The notes beneath the pieces are model-generated. The model searched no databases. It was given only the letters and a program-made list of their open reading frames with translations, and was not told where the DNA came from. The position numbers were made by a program, and so were the translations under genes. From an uncultured Gammaproteobacteria bacterium (GTDB lineage Bacteria; Pseudomonadota; Gammaproteobacteria; JABCZS01), in NCBI GenBank assembly GCA_963798975.1, contig CAWCVU010000013.1, forward strand, positions 232-64,231: 64,000 bases of DNA, given 5' to 3'. This document shows, one piece after another, positions 36,664-46,495 of this stretch (its first letter is position 1; every line of letters begins with the position of its first letter).

Positions 36664-36701
36664 CAAACGTTTTCTTACGAGATACCACTCTTATTAGCCA
36701 G

Positions 36702-36748
36702 AGCTCTTGACTTAACATCTGTAATTGTATAGCATTACATCAGTACAA
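36702..36748 (+). promoter_or_regulatory. Promoter plus candidate TrpR operator upstream of trpR-trpE... (copy 2)
   Basis: AGCTCTTGACTTAACATCTGTAATTGTATAGCATTACATCAGTACA. The -35 is TTGACT (36707-36712) and the palindrome TGTAATTGTATAGCATTACA lies at 36720-36739. It has the same architecture as copy 1. Confidence 0.55.
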
Positions 36749-36762
36749 CAAAGAGGGTATAT

Positions 36763-37059
36763 ATGACATCTTATAGCGAACAAACAGGTTGGAAAGAGTT
36801 TCTAGCGCTTTGCCTTAAGGCTAAGTCTATTAAAAGCCTAGATAAATTGTTACGCTTGCATTTGACCCAAGAAGAGCAGCAGGCAGTTGCGATGCGTTAT
36901 TTAATAGTTCGGGAATTGTTAAAGGGTGAAAAGACACAGCGGGATATGGCTAAGACCCTACATGTGAGCATAGCCAAGATCACCCGTGGCTCTAATAGTT
37001 TAAAAATAATTGATGAAGAATTAAAAGTCTTATTGAAACAAGGCCAAGATGATGTTTAA
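36763..37059 (+). CDS. trpR: Trp operon repressor
   Basis: [50 protein letters not shown] aligns with E. coli TrpR ([50 protein letters not shown]). Confidence 0.85.
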   Translation: [98 protein letters not shown]

Positions 37060-38491
37060 AGTATTAACACAAGATGAATTTTTAAAGCAGGCAAAAACAC
37101 ACCCGCGTGTGACTGTATATAAAGAAATCTTAGGCGATCAAATGACGCCGGTAGGCGTTTATTTGGCTTTGCAAACCTATATGAAAGGTGCGACTTTATT
37201 AGAGTCAAGTCCCAAAGAAAAAAATGCGGGTCGTTATTCGTTTTTAGGTTTTACACCTATTGCACAGTTAAGTATTAAAGAAAATAGTAATGGTAATATT
37301 TTAGATAGTCTGCGTGAATTTTATCTTGCGCAGCGTGCAGCAAATTCTCATGAATTAACGGGCTTTGCAGGTGGCATAGTGGGTTTTTTTGCTTATGATT
37401 GCGCACGTTTGTTTGAAGAAACTTTAAAAAATAATAAATCCGAAACTGACTTTCCTGATCTATTGTTCAAAGCCTATCGTGATCATGTTATGTTTGATCA
37501 AAAAACTGGACATGTAGTCTTGGCTACTGTCGTAGAAATTAACGATCATTTACCTGATCTTTACCAAGCGGCTATTGATCGACTTAATGATTTTCATGAA
37601 AAAATAAACAATGCAGATACCCGAGCAGGAAAAGAAGAAACCCAAGATGAAACGATGCATGCACAAGTCGAGAGTGTAGATGATGCAGCCTATATCGCAG
37701 CAGGGGAGATAGCGAAACAACATATTTTAATGGGCGATGCATTTCAAATTGTCCTGGCTCGTACGTTTACTAAAAAGTTTAGCGCAAAACCTTTTGATAT
37801 TTATCGCATCTTACGTTATCGCAATCCATCACCTTATATGTTCTATTTAGACAATGAGGATTATATTATTTGTGGCGCATCACCTGAGAAAATGATCAGT
37901 GTTAAAGATAATATTGTGCAATCTTGTCCCTTGGCAGGTACCCGGCCGCGTGGCGATGGTTATGATGATGCCAATCAAGCCGCTGATTTATTAGCTGATA
38001 CTAAAGAAGTATCAGAACACATGATGTTGGTTGATTTAGCACGCAATGATATTGGTGCAGTGGCCAAGCCTGGTAGCGTGAGCGTGAGCCAATTAAAACA
38101 AATACAATTGTTTTCTCATGTGATGCATATTTCATCGACTGTTGAAGCACCCTTGCAAGTAGGCAAAGATGCACTGGATGCCTTTAGTGCTGCATTTCCT
38201 GCGGGTACTTTAAGTGGTGCACCGAAAATTCGCGCCATGCAAATTATTGATGAATTAGAGCCTTATAGCCGAAAACTGTATGGCGGTGCGATTGGGTTTT
38301 TAAATGCCCATGGTGATTTTGATAGTTGTATTGCCATACGTATGGCAATACTCAAAGAAGGTAATGCTTTTGTGAGTGCGGGCGCAGGCATAGTGGCTGA
38401 TTCTGATTTACAAAAAGAAGCAGATGAAACGCGTCATAAAGCACGCGCAGTATTGGAAGCGATTGATTATGCCCAGCGAGGATTAGTATGA
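37049..38491 (+). CDS. trpE: Anthranilate synthase component I
   Basis: Chorismate-binding motifs (LARNDIG, GTLSGAPK, YGGAIGF). Overlaps trpR by 11 nt. Confidence 0.95.
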   Translation: MMFKVLTQDEFLKQAKTHPRVTVYKEILGDQMTPVGVYLALQTYMKGATLLESSPKEKNAGRYSFLGFTPIAQLSIKENSNGNILDSLREFYLAQRAANSHELTGFAGGIVGFFAYDCARLFEETLKNNKSETDFPDLLFKAYRDHVMFDQKTGHVVLATVVEINDHLPDLYQAAIDRLNDFHEKINNADTRAGKEETQDETMHAQVESVDDAAYIAAGEIAKQHILMGDAFQIVLARTFTKKFSAKPFDIYRILRYRNPSPYMFYLDNEDYIICGASPEKMISVKDNIVQSCPLAGTRPRGDGYDDANQAADLLADTKEVSEHMMLVDLARNDIGAVAKPGSVSVSQLKQIQLFSHVMHISSTVEAPLQVGKDALDAFSAAFPAGTLSGAPKIRAMQIIDELEPYSRKLYGGAIGFLNAHGDFDSCIAIRMAILKEGNAFVSAGAGIVADSDLQKEADETRHKARAVLEAIDYAQRGLV

Positions 38492-39069
38492 TTTTGTTGA
38501 TCGATAATTACGATAGTTTTACTTACAATTTGTATCAAATGGTAGCGCAATATGATAATACTGTTCAGGTTGTACGTAATGATAAAATTTCTTTGAATAA
38601 AATAAATGAATTAAAGCCCCAAGCTATTATTTTGTCACCTGGACCTGGGCATCCTAAAGATGCGGGTATTTGTATTGAAGTCATTAAAAATCTTTCAGGA
38701 GTCATTCCCATTTTGGGCGTATGCCTAGGCCATCAAGCCATCGTTCATGCGTTTGGCGGCAATGTGATTCAAGCAGGCGAGATTATTCATGGTAAAGCCA
38801 GCCCAGTATTTCATGACAATCAAGGCCTATTTGCTCATTTACCTATGCCTTTTATGGCGGGACGTTATCATTCTTTAATCGCAGAGCGCTCAAGTTTACC
38901 AGAAATATTACGTGTTGATGCTTACACTAAGCCTGATATGATTATGGGAATCAAGCATAAACAACATTTAACCTTTGGCGTCCAGTTTCACCCCGAATCG
39001 ATATTAACACCCGATGGGTATGACTTGATAAGTAATTTTTTAAAATTAGCAGGCATAGAATCATGTTAA
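38488..39069 (+). CDS. trpG: Anthranilate synthase component II (glutamine amidotransferase)
   Basis: GVCLGHQ catalytic Cys and FHPES. ATGA overlap with trpE. Confidence 0.9.
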   Translation: MILLIDNYDSFTYNLYQMVAQYDNTVQVVRNDKISLNKINELKPQAIILSPGPGHPKDAGICIEVIKNLSGVIPILGVCLGHQAIVHAFGGNVIQAGEIIHGKASPVFHDNQGLFAHLPMPFMAGRYHSLIAERSSLPEILRVDAYTKPDMIMGIKHKQHLTFGVQFHPESILTPDGYDLISNFLKLAGIESC

Positions 39070-40055
39070 CCGCTTGTTTAAAAAAATTAATTAAGCGGGA
39101 AAATTTAAGTTATGAGGACGCTTTTCAAGCATTAACAGCGATCATAACTTTAAAAAATCCTGCTCAAATTTCTGCATTTTTAGTCTTAATGCGTGCTAAA
39201 GGTGAAACCGCTGAAGAAATGACAGCGTTTGTTCAGTGCATGCAACAACAGCAGGTGAATGTGAATATAGACTTTCCTGTTTTAGACATAGTCGGAACCG
39301 GTGGTGATGCGGTTAATACAGCCAATATTTCTACTGCAGCCAGTATACTTGCAGCCAGTTGTGGCGTGCCGGTACTTAAACACGGTAATCGCGCAGTTTC
39401 ATCTCAATCAGGTGCTGCCGATGTATTGCAAGCTTTAGGTTTGACTCTTGAAAAATCGCCACAACAAGTAGCCAAATCTCTGATACAACACCAAATAGGC
39501 TTTTGTTTTGCGCCAATTTTTCATCCTGTACTTTTAGCTTTAAAACCTATACGAAGTGAGCTAAAGGTACCTACTTTTTTTAATCTATTAGGACCCTTAT
39601 TAAATCCGGGTAAAGCACAGTATTTGATATTGGGGGTTTTTAGCGCGTCTTTACAAGATCTTATGGCAGACATAGTATTAAAACTAGGTGTAAAACGTGC
39701 ATTAATCGTGCATGGTAATGGTCTTGACGAGCTGAATTGTTTGGGTCCTTGCCAGGTCATTGAAATTAATGAAGGACAAAAGCACTGTTATCAAATCGAT
39801 GCTCTTGAATTAGGCTTGCCTAGATGCCAATTGGATGATTTAATCGGTGGTGATGCGTTTTATAATGCCAAGCTTTTGCAAGCTATTATAGAAAACAAGA
39901 AAAGTCACTTGGCTAATACGGTAATGCTCAATGCCGCTGCAGCGGTTTATATTTATGGTAGAGCGCAGACGATGAAGGCCAGTCTTGCCCTCGTGCAAGA
40001 AAATATGGCCAATGGCAATGCAAAAAATACTTTAGAGAGTTTTATACATGCATGA
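39063..40055 (+). CDS. trpD: Anthranilate phosphoribosyltransferase
   Basis: DIVGTGGD, KHGNRAVSS and GPLLNP motifs. Confidence 0.9.
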   Translation: MLTACLKKLIKRENLSYEDAFQALTAIITLKNPAQISAFLVLMRAKGETAEEMTAFVQCMQQQQVNVNIDFPVLDIVGTGGDAVNTANISTAASILAASCGVPVLKHGNRAVSSQSGAADVLQALGLTLEKSPQQVAKSLIQHQIGFCFAPIFHPVLLALKPIRSELKVPTFFNLLGPLLNPGKAQYLILGVFSASLQDLMADIVLKLGVKRALIVHGNGLDELNCLGPCQVIEINEGQKHCYQIDALELGLPRCQLDDLIGGDAFYNAKLLQAIIENKKSHLANTVMLNAAAAVYIYGRAQTMKASLALVQENMANGNAKNTLESFIHA

Positions 40056-40866
40056 TACTTTAAAAAAAATTATTATCCAAAAAGAGCTAGAAGTTTCATT
40101 GCTCAAACAATCGATATTGGAAAATCCCGATAGTCATTTGGCCAATTTTATGCGTGGCAAATTGGGCCAACGTAAAATTAAATCATTGCAAAAAGCATTA
40201 AGCAAGCCTTGCGCCCTTATTGCTGAAATTAAACGTGCTTCGCCCGCAAATGGGCAGTTAGCCGAGATACCCGATCCTGTGATTTTAGCGCAACACTATC
40301 AGCAGGCCGGCGCTGCAGCAATATCCGTTTTAACAGATGAATTGTTTTTCAAGGGATCGTTAAGAGACTTAGAACAAGTGGCGCATGCTTTACAAGAAAC
40401 AACTTGTGCTGTTTTGCGCAAAGAATTTATTATCGATGAATTGCAAATTGCTCAAGCTGCGCAATATGGTGCTGACGCCATATTATTAATTGTTGCCGTC
40501 ACACAAGAAAAAACTCAAGAGTTATTGGACTATGCCTATTATTTAGGTTTAGAAGTATTAGTAGAAGTGCACACAGAAGAAGAACTCGAATTGGCTCTAG
40601 ATACGCAAGCAAAAATTATAGGTGTAAACAATCGTGATTTACGCACCCTAAGTGTAGATGTGAATACTTCTTTTGATTTAATTGAGTATATTCCAAGTAA
40701 TATTATCACCGTCTCAGAGTCAGGTATTCATGACGTCAAAACAGCTCAGGATTTATTTGCTGCAGGTTTTAATGCCTTATTAGTCGGGGAAGCTTTAGTA
40801 AAATCAAAAGATCCTAAAGCTTTAATTAAAGCCATGCGGGGAGAAAATTATGACCACAGCCATTAA
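40048..40866 (+). CDS. trpC: Indole-3-glycerol phosphate synthase
   Basis: IAEIKRASP, GVNNRDL and ESGI motifs. Confidence 0.9.
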   Translation: MHDTLKKIIIQKELEVSLLKQSILENPDSHLANFMRGKLGQRKIKSLQKALSKPCALIAEIKRASPANGQLAEIPDPVILAQHYQQAGAAAISVLTDELFFKGSLRDLEQVAHALQETTCAVLRKEFIIDELQIAQAAQYGADAILLIVAVTQEKTQELLDYAYYLGLEVLVEVHTEEELELALDTQAKIIGVNNRDLRTLSVDVNTSFDLIEYIPSNIITVSESGIHDVKTAQDLFAAGFNALLVGEALVKSKDPKALIKAMRGENYDHSH

Positions 40867-41455
40867 AATTTGTGGTATTAAAACACCCGAAATGGCTCGC
40901 ATTTGTGCAAGTGCAGGTGCAGATTACATTGGGATAGTTTTTTGCAAAAAATCACCACGGTTTGTAAGTAGTGCAATTGCACAGTCTATAGCAAGCGCCG
41001 CGCAAGATGCGGATATTATTCCTGTGGCTGTTTTTAGCGAATCAAATGCAAACGAAATCATTTCTATTTGTGAAATGACTCGTATTACTCATGTGCAATT
41101 ACACGGTGAAGTTTCAAAAAAGGCTTTATATAACTTACCAGAGCATTTACATAAAATTTATGTCAATCCCAAAGACAATGAACATTTAGCCTATTTGCGA
41201 CCTAAAACAGACTATGTACTTTATGATGGTGAACAAGCAGGTAGTGGTCAAGTGATTAATTGGTCTCTTATAAATCCACAAAGCACTATGCGACATTTTC
41301 TAGCTGGTGGTTTAACTGTAGATAATGTTCATGCTGCCATAACCAGTACGCATCCTTTTGGTGTAGACCTGTCCAGTGGAGTTGAAATAACCCGTGGTGA
41401 AAAATCCGAAACTTTAATTAATGAATTTATAAAACTTGTAAAAGAAATAAACTAG
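40850..41455 (+). CDS. trpF: Phosphoribosylanthranilate isomerase
   Basis: IKICGI N-terminus, VQLHG and the C-terminal GVDLSSGVE. Confidence 0.9.
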   Translation: MTTAIKICGIKTPEMARICASAGADYIGIVFCKKSPRFVSSAIAQSIASAAQDADIIPVAVFSESNANEIISICEMTRITHVQLHGEVSKKALYNLPEHLHKIYVNPKDNEHLAYLRPKTDYVLYDGEQAGSGQVINWSLINPQSTMRHFLAGGLTVDNVHAAITSTHPFGVDLSSGVEITRGEKSETLINEFIKLVKEIN

Positions 41456-41465
41456 GAAAACGATC

Positions 41466-42524
41466 ATGTTAACAACTGATGATATACGCATAAGTCATTT
41501 AGAACCTATTACTTCACCGGCATTATTAATATCACAGCTGCCCTTGCACGCGCAGCAAGTGCAAGAAATAATTGAATATCGCAAAACCGCGAGCGATATT
41601 ATTCATGGCTTAGATGATAGGCTCTTAGTGGTAGTAGGGCCTTGCTCTATACATGATGTGGATGCTGCACTTGAATATGGAAAAAAGCTGGCATTGATAC
41701 GTGAAGAATTAAAACAAGATTTACATATTATTATGCGTGTTTATTTTGAAAAACCGCGTACCACCGTGGGCTGGAAAGGTTTGATTAATGATCCAAAGTT
41801 AGACGGTAGTTTTGATATTAATCAGGGTCTTGCTGTCGCTAGAAAACTATTGATCGATTTAACCCAAATGAAATTACCCGTGGGCACTGAGTTTTTAGAT
41901 GTGATTATTCCACAATACATTAGTGATGTTGTTTCTTGGGGGGCAATTGGTGCAAGAACCACTGAGAGCCAAGTGCATCGTGAATTAGCTTCTGGTTTAT
42001 CGATGCCCGTAGGATTTAAAAATGGTACCGATGGTAATATTAAAATTGCCATTGATGCAATGCGCTCATCGCAGGGATCTCATCATTTTTTAAGTGTGAG
42101 TAAATTGGGCGTGCCTGTTATCGTGGGTACCAAAGGTAACACTGATACCCATGTGATTTTACGTGGCTCGAGCAGTGGTCCTAATTATGAAGTCCAACAT
42201 ATCGAGCAAGTTGTAAAATTATTGCAAGAAAATAATTTAGCTCAAAAGATCATGATAGATTGTAGTCATGGCAATAGTCAAAAAGATCACAATAAACAAG
42301 CGCTCGTGGTTGACAGTATTGCAAAACAATTAGCAGATGGACAAAATGCACTTTGTGGCGTTATGATTGAAAGTAATTTAGTAGCAGGTAATCAAGCTTT
42401 GGTTGATAAATCAAAACTCACTTATGGACAAAGTATTACCGATGCCTGTATTGATTGGGAAGCAACAGTCCCGATTTTACATCAGCTTGCAAAAGCAGTT
42501 AATGATCGAAGGAGAGTTTCATGA
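41466..42524 (+). CDS. 3-deoxy-7-phosphoheptulonate (DAHP) synthase, class I (AroF/G/H type; isozyme not assignable)
   Basis: LLVVVGPCSIHD, VYFEKPRTTVGWKGLINDP, GLSMPVGFKNGTDG and DCSHGNSQK. Residues are mixed between the E. coli AroF and AroH signatures. Confidence 0.9.
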   Translation: MLTTDDIRISHLEPITSPALLISQLPLHAQQVQEIIEYRKTASDIIHGLDDRLLVVVGPCSIHDVDAALEYGKKLALIREELKQDLHIIMRVYFEKPRTTVGWKGLINDPKLDGSFDINQGLAVARKLLIDLTQMKLPVGTEFLDVIIPQYISDVVSWGAIGARTTESQVHRELASGLSMPVGFKNGTDGNIKIAIDAMRSSQGSHHFLSVSKLGVPVIVGTKGNTDTHVILRGSSSGPNYEVQHIEQVVKLLQENNLAQKIMIDCSHGNSQKDHNKQALVVDSIAKQLADGQNALCGVMIESNLVAGNQALVDKSKLTYGQSITDACIDWEATVPILHQLAKAVNDRRRVS

Positions 42525-43603
42525 ATAATCAGGAACCCTTACAAAATATACGTGAAAAAATAGATGTCCTTGATAAAGATATTTGCGATCTCATTGAAGC
42601 TAGAGCTAACCTTGCGCTTGAAGTTTCTAAAATTAAAGCAAATGCTAGTGATCCCCTGTATTATCGCCCTGAACGAGAGGCTGAAATATTACGTCGCATT
42701 ATGCACGATTATCACGGTGTTTTAAACAAAGAAGACGTGGCTCGTATTTTTCAAGAAATAATGCGAGTTTGTTTGGCCTTGCAACAACAACAAAAAATTG
42801 CATTTTTAGGCCCCATTGGTACATTTTCACATGCTTGTGCATTACGTCACTTTGGTCAACAAATTGATATACTCCCCCTGGATACTTTAGAAGAAGTATT
42901 TGCCAGTATTGAAAATGATGAAGCGCATTATGGTCTTATTCCTTTTGAAAATTCCATTGCAGGCGTAGTGACACCTGCACTGGATTTATTAATCAATTCA
43001 TCGCTATTTATCTGTGGCGAGCATATCTTGCCCGTGCATCAAAATCTATTACGAAACCCAGAAGATAAAGAGCAGATTACAAGGATCTATTCGCACTCAC
43101 ACTCATTTGAGCAATGTAAAGAATGGCTCAATGTACATTTACCAAATGCACAACGTATCGCTGTTAAAAGTAATGCAGCCGGTGCTCAGATTGCACAAAC
43201 AGAAAAAGGTGTGGCCTGCATAGCAGGGGAGTTGGCTGCAAATATTTATAAACTAGAAACTATAAAAGCTAAGATAGAAACAAATAACCACAATGCCACA
43301 CGATTTCTGGTGTTAGGTAAACAAAAGGTGCGTCCCAGTGGTAAGGATAAAACTTCTTTACTGTTTGCGACCCCGCACACACCTGGTGCATTAATAGAAT
43401 TAATTTTACCTTTTCACGAGTGTGGTGTAAATTTAACAGCCATCACCTCTAGACCTTTTAAAAGTCGTAATTGGAGTTATGTATTTTTTATTGATATTGA
43501 AGGTCATCAAGAAGATGACAATGTAAAAAATGCTTTAAAACAATTAGAAGGTAGGGCAGGCATGGTGACTGTATTGGGTTCCTATCCAGTTGCAATTTTA
43601 TAA
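42521..43603 (+). CDS. pheA: Bifunctional chorismate mutase / prephenate dehydratase (P-protein)
   Basis: N-terminal chorismate mutase helix (LQNIREKIDVLDKDICDLIEARANLA), a PDT domain (IAFLGPIGTFSH) and a C-terminal ACT domain (ATRFLVLG, ITSRP). Confidence 0.9.
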   Translation: MNNQEPLQNIREKIDVLDKDICDLIEARANLALEVSKIKANASDPLYYRPEREAEILRRIMHDYHGVLNKEDVARIFQEIMRVCLALQQQQKIAFLGPIGTFSHACALRHFGQQIDILPLDTLEEVFASIENDEAHYGLIPFENSIAGVVTPALDLLINSSLFICGEHILPVHQNLLRNPEDKEQITRIYSHSHSFEQCKEWLNVHLPNAQRIAVKSNAAGAQIAQTEKGVACIAGELAANIYKLETIKAKIETNNHNATRFLVLGKQKVRPSGKDKTSLLFATPHTPGALIELILPFHECGVNLTAITSRPFKSRNWSYVFFIDIEGHQEDDNVKNALKQLEGRAGMVTVLGSYPVAIL

Positions 43604-43612
43604 GGGTGTATC

Positions 43613-44896
43613 ATGTCTTTATTTAAAGTGAAGCCTTCAATGTTAAGCGGTAGCATCAAAGCTTCGCCTTCAAAATCACATACCTTACGTGCCATATTAT
43701 TTGCTGCCTTAGCAAAAGGTAAAAGTACTATTTATGATTATTTGCCATCCCCTGATGCAGCAGCGATGATCAATGCCTGTAGACTTTTGGGTGCTGAAAT
43801 TACTCAAGAAGAAAATTCAATTATTATTACAGGTAATGCAGGCATTTTGAAAAATCCGGATAATATAATAGATTGCGGTAATTCAGGACAAGTGTTACGT
43901 TTTGTGGCAGCCCTATCTAGTCTTATGAAAAATTATGTTGTATTTACTGGCGATGAATCCATACGCCACAATAGACCCGCACAACCCTTAATAGAAGGTC
44001 TAACGCAATTAGATGTATTTTGTGTTTCAACAAAAAATGATGGCCATGCACCTTTGATAGTTAAAGGACCTTTAAAGCCTGGCAAAACACAATTACATGG
44101 TCAAGATTCACAACCTGTTTCAGCCCTTTTAATCGCCTGTGCATTTGCCAATGGTGCTTCAGAAATTTCTGTTTTAGAACCCGGTGAAAAACCTTGGATT
44201 GATCTAACCTTGGATTGGTTTGATCGCCTAGGCATAGTTTATAAAAACGATAATTATAATCGTTATACCGTAGCAGGTCATGCAAAATTAAATGCTTTCG
44301 ATTATCAAGTCCCTGGGGATTTTAGTTCCCTTGCATTTCCAATCGTTGCAGCTGTTATTACGCAATCTGAAATTACCATTAACAATGTTGATATGTCAGA
44401 TGTGCAAGGCGATAAAAAAATTATTATGAGCTTGCAGCAGATGGGTGCAAATATTATTTTTGATCAAGCGCAACGTATTTTAAAGATTAATAAATCACCT
44501 GTTCTAATCGGGATAACGATAGATGTCAATGATATGATTGATGCTTTGCCCATATTAGCCGTTGTGGGTTGTTATGCTCAAGGCACAACGATTATTGAAG
44601 GTGCAAAAATTGCGCGTGAAAAAGAGTGTGATCGCTTAAGTGCCATTACCCAAGAGCTTAGAAAAATGGGTGCAGATATTACTGAAAATCCTGATGGATT
44701 AGTGATTAATCATTCTAAACTATCAGGCTGTAGCTTAGAATCTCATCATGATCATCGTATTGTTATGTCCTTGGTTGTAGCGGCTTTAGCCGCACAAGGC
44801 GAGTCAGCTATTGAAGGCGTTGAATGGGTTAAAAAAAGCTACCCTAATTTTTTTGCTGATATGACAGCCTTACATGTAAAAGTGAGTATCGAATGA
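43613..44896 (+). CDS. aroA: 3-phosphoshikimate 1-carboxyvinyltransferase (EPSP synthase)
   Basis: PSKSHTLRAILFAALA, GNSGQVLRF, REKECDR and HHDHRIVMS motifs. Confidence 0.95.
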   Translation: MSLFKVKPSMLSGSIKASPSKSHTLRAILFAALAKGKSTIYDYLPSPDAAAMINACRLLGAEITQEENSIIITGNAGILKNPDNIIDCGNSGQVLRFVAALSSLMKNYVVFTGDESIRHNRPAQPLIEGLTQLDVFCVSTKNDGHAPLIVKGPLKPGKTQLHGQDSQPVSALLIACAFANGASEISVLEPGEKPWIDLTLDWFDRLGIVYKNDNYNRYTVAGHAKLNAFDYQVPGDFSSLAFPIVAAVITQSEITINNVDMSDVQGDKKIIMSLQQMGANIIFDQAQRILKINKSPVLIGITIDVNDMIDALPILAVVGCYAQGTTIIEGAKIAREKECDRLSAITQELRKMGADITENPDGLVINHSKLSGCSLESHHDHRIVMSLVVAALAAQGESAIEGVEWVKKSYPNFFADMTALHVKVSIE

Positions 44897-45408
44897 ATAT
44901 TATTTTATGCGGTTTTAAAAGTTGTGGTAAATCTACTGTAGGCAAAGCGCTAGCGCAGGCCTTGGATTATCGTTTTGATGATACAGATGCTTTATTGGAA
45001 GAATATTATCGCAGTGCTAATAATGAAGTACTCGGCGCAGCCCAAATATATACAAAGCATGGTCAGGATATTTTTAGACAACTAGAGTCTGATGTAGTCC
45101 ACAAACTTGAAAAACTAGACGATCGCGTAATAGCTTTAGGTGGCGGCACGGTTTTAAATCCTGAAAATGTTAAACATTTGCATCATATTGGTAAAATCAT
45201 TTATTTACGTGCGAGTAAGGATTTATTAAAAAATAGAATGTTACAAAGTCGTATACCGGGTTTTATTGATCAAAATGATCCTGATACGTCTTTTGAAAAA
45301 ATGTATCAAGAGCGCTATAAACTATATGAACAGCTTGCAGATGTTATTATCGATGTCGATGGTAAGACCCAAGACCAAATTGCAAAGGAGATAATTAATG
45401 GCCAGTAA
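44893..45408 (+). CDS. aroK: Shikimate kinase
   Basis: P-loop GFKSCGKST, DTD and LGGG motifs. ATGA overlap with aroA. Confidence 0.9.
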   Translation: MNIILCGFKSCGKSTVGKALAQALDYRFDDTDALLEEYYRSANNEVLGAAQIYTKHGQDIFRQLESDVVHKLEKLDDRVIALGGGTVLNPENVKHLHHIGKIIYLRASKDLLKNRMLQSRIPGFIDQNDPDTSFEKMYQERYKLYEQLADVIIDVDGKTQDQIAKEIINGQ

Positions 45409-46483
45409 TTCTTTTGGTGAACTATTTAGAATCACCACCTGGGGCGAATCTCATGGTAAAGCCATAGGCGTTGTCATAGACGGATGTCCTGCAGGCCTAG
45501 AAATTAATGAAGATGAAATCAATATTGTCTTAGCACGCCGTGCACCAGGCAAAGCTTATACCACCCCACGTGTGGAAACTGATCTTGCAGAAATTTATTC
45601 CGGTGTTTTTGAAGGCAAAACCACGGGCACGCCTATATCAATTATTATTCGCAATAAAGACGCTGATTCCTCACAATATGCGACAATAAAAAACCTACTC
45701 CGTCCAGGGCATGCCAATTATACTTATATTGAAAAATACGGCATTTTTGATTACCGCGGTGGCGGTAGGGCGTCAGCACGTGAAACTGCTTGTCGCGTTG
45801 CCGCAGGCGCTATCGCCACTAAAATTTTAAATCATTTTGGCATCCAAATTGCTGGCTACATTAAATCTGTAGGCGATATTACAGCAAATAACATTCCTGA
45901 ATTATTAAACGACTTACAAACAGCAACTCTCAATAGTCCTTTATTTTGCCCTGATCTTAAAGCCTGTGAAAATATGCGTGCAGCCATACAAAAAGCAAGT
46001 GAAGAAGGTGATTCTTTAGGTGGTATTATCGAATTTAGAGTAGAAGGTTTACCTGCAGGTTTAGGTGATCCTGTGTATGAAAAACTAGAAGCAAATTTAG
46101 CAAAAGCCATGTTGGGCTTGCCCGCCACCAAAGGTTTTGAAATCGGTGAAGGATTTGCTGCAGCACACATGCAAGGTTCAACACATAACGATGCCTTTAT
46201 TAATGATAATGGTGTACGCACCCAAACCAATCGTGCCGGCGGCACTTTAGGCGGTATTTCAACCGGCATGCCTTTATTAGGACGCGTCGCTTTTAAACCT
46301 ACTTCTAGCATTAAGAAAGCGCAACAAACTGTTGATTTATCAGGTAAAGCCGCAACCTTTCAATTGCCTGAAACTGCACGTCATGACCCCTGTGTTGCTA
46401 TACGCGCAGTGCCTATAGTAGAAGCCATGTGTGCTTTAGTTTTAGTGGATGCTTTACTGCGCAATCGCTGCACGCAATTATAA
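45398..46483 (+). CDS. aroC: Chorismate synthase
   Basis: FRITTWGESHG, RPGHANYTY, GGGRASARETA and GGISTG motifs. Confidence 0.95.
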   Translation: MASNSFGELFRITTWGESHGKAIGVVIDGCPAGLEINEDEINIVLARRAPGKAYTTPRVETDLAEIYSGVFEGKTTGTPISIIIRNKDADSSQYATIKNLLRPGHANYTYIEKYGIFDYRGGGRASARETACRVAAGAIATKILNHFGIQIAGYIKSVGDITANNIPELLNDLQTATLNSPLFCPDLKACENMRAAIQKASEEGDSLGGIIEFRVEGLPAGLGDPVYEKLEANLAKAMLGLPATKGFEIGEGFAAAHMQGSTHNDAFINDNGVRTQTNRAGGTLGGISTGMPLLGRVAFKPTSSIKKAQQTVDLSGKAATFQLPETARHDPCVAIRAVPIVEAMCALVLVDALLRNRCTQL

Positions 46484-46495
46484 AAGGTAAACAAC

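Noticed and set aside
41466-42524. Assigning the DAHP synthase to the Trp-sensitive isozyme (aroH) because of its operon context.
   Set aside because: Diagnostic stretches are mixed. DCSHGNSQK and LTYGQSITD look AroH-like, while GLSMPVGFKNGTDG, DGSFD and MIESN look AroF-like. Feedback specificity cannot be read from this, so the isozyme is left unassigned.
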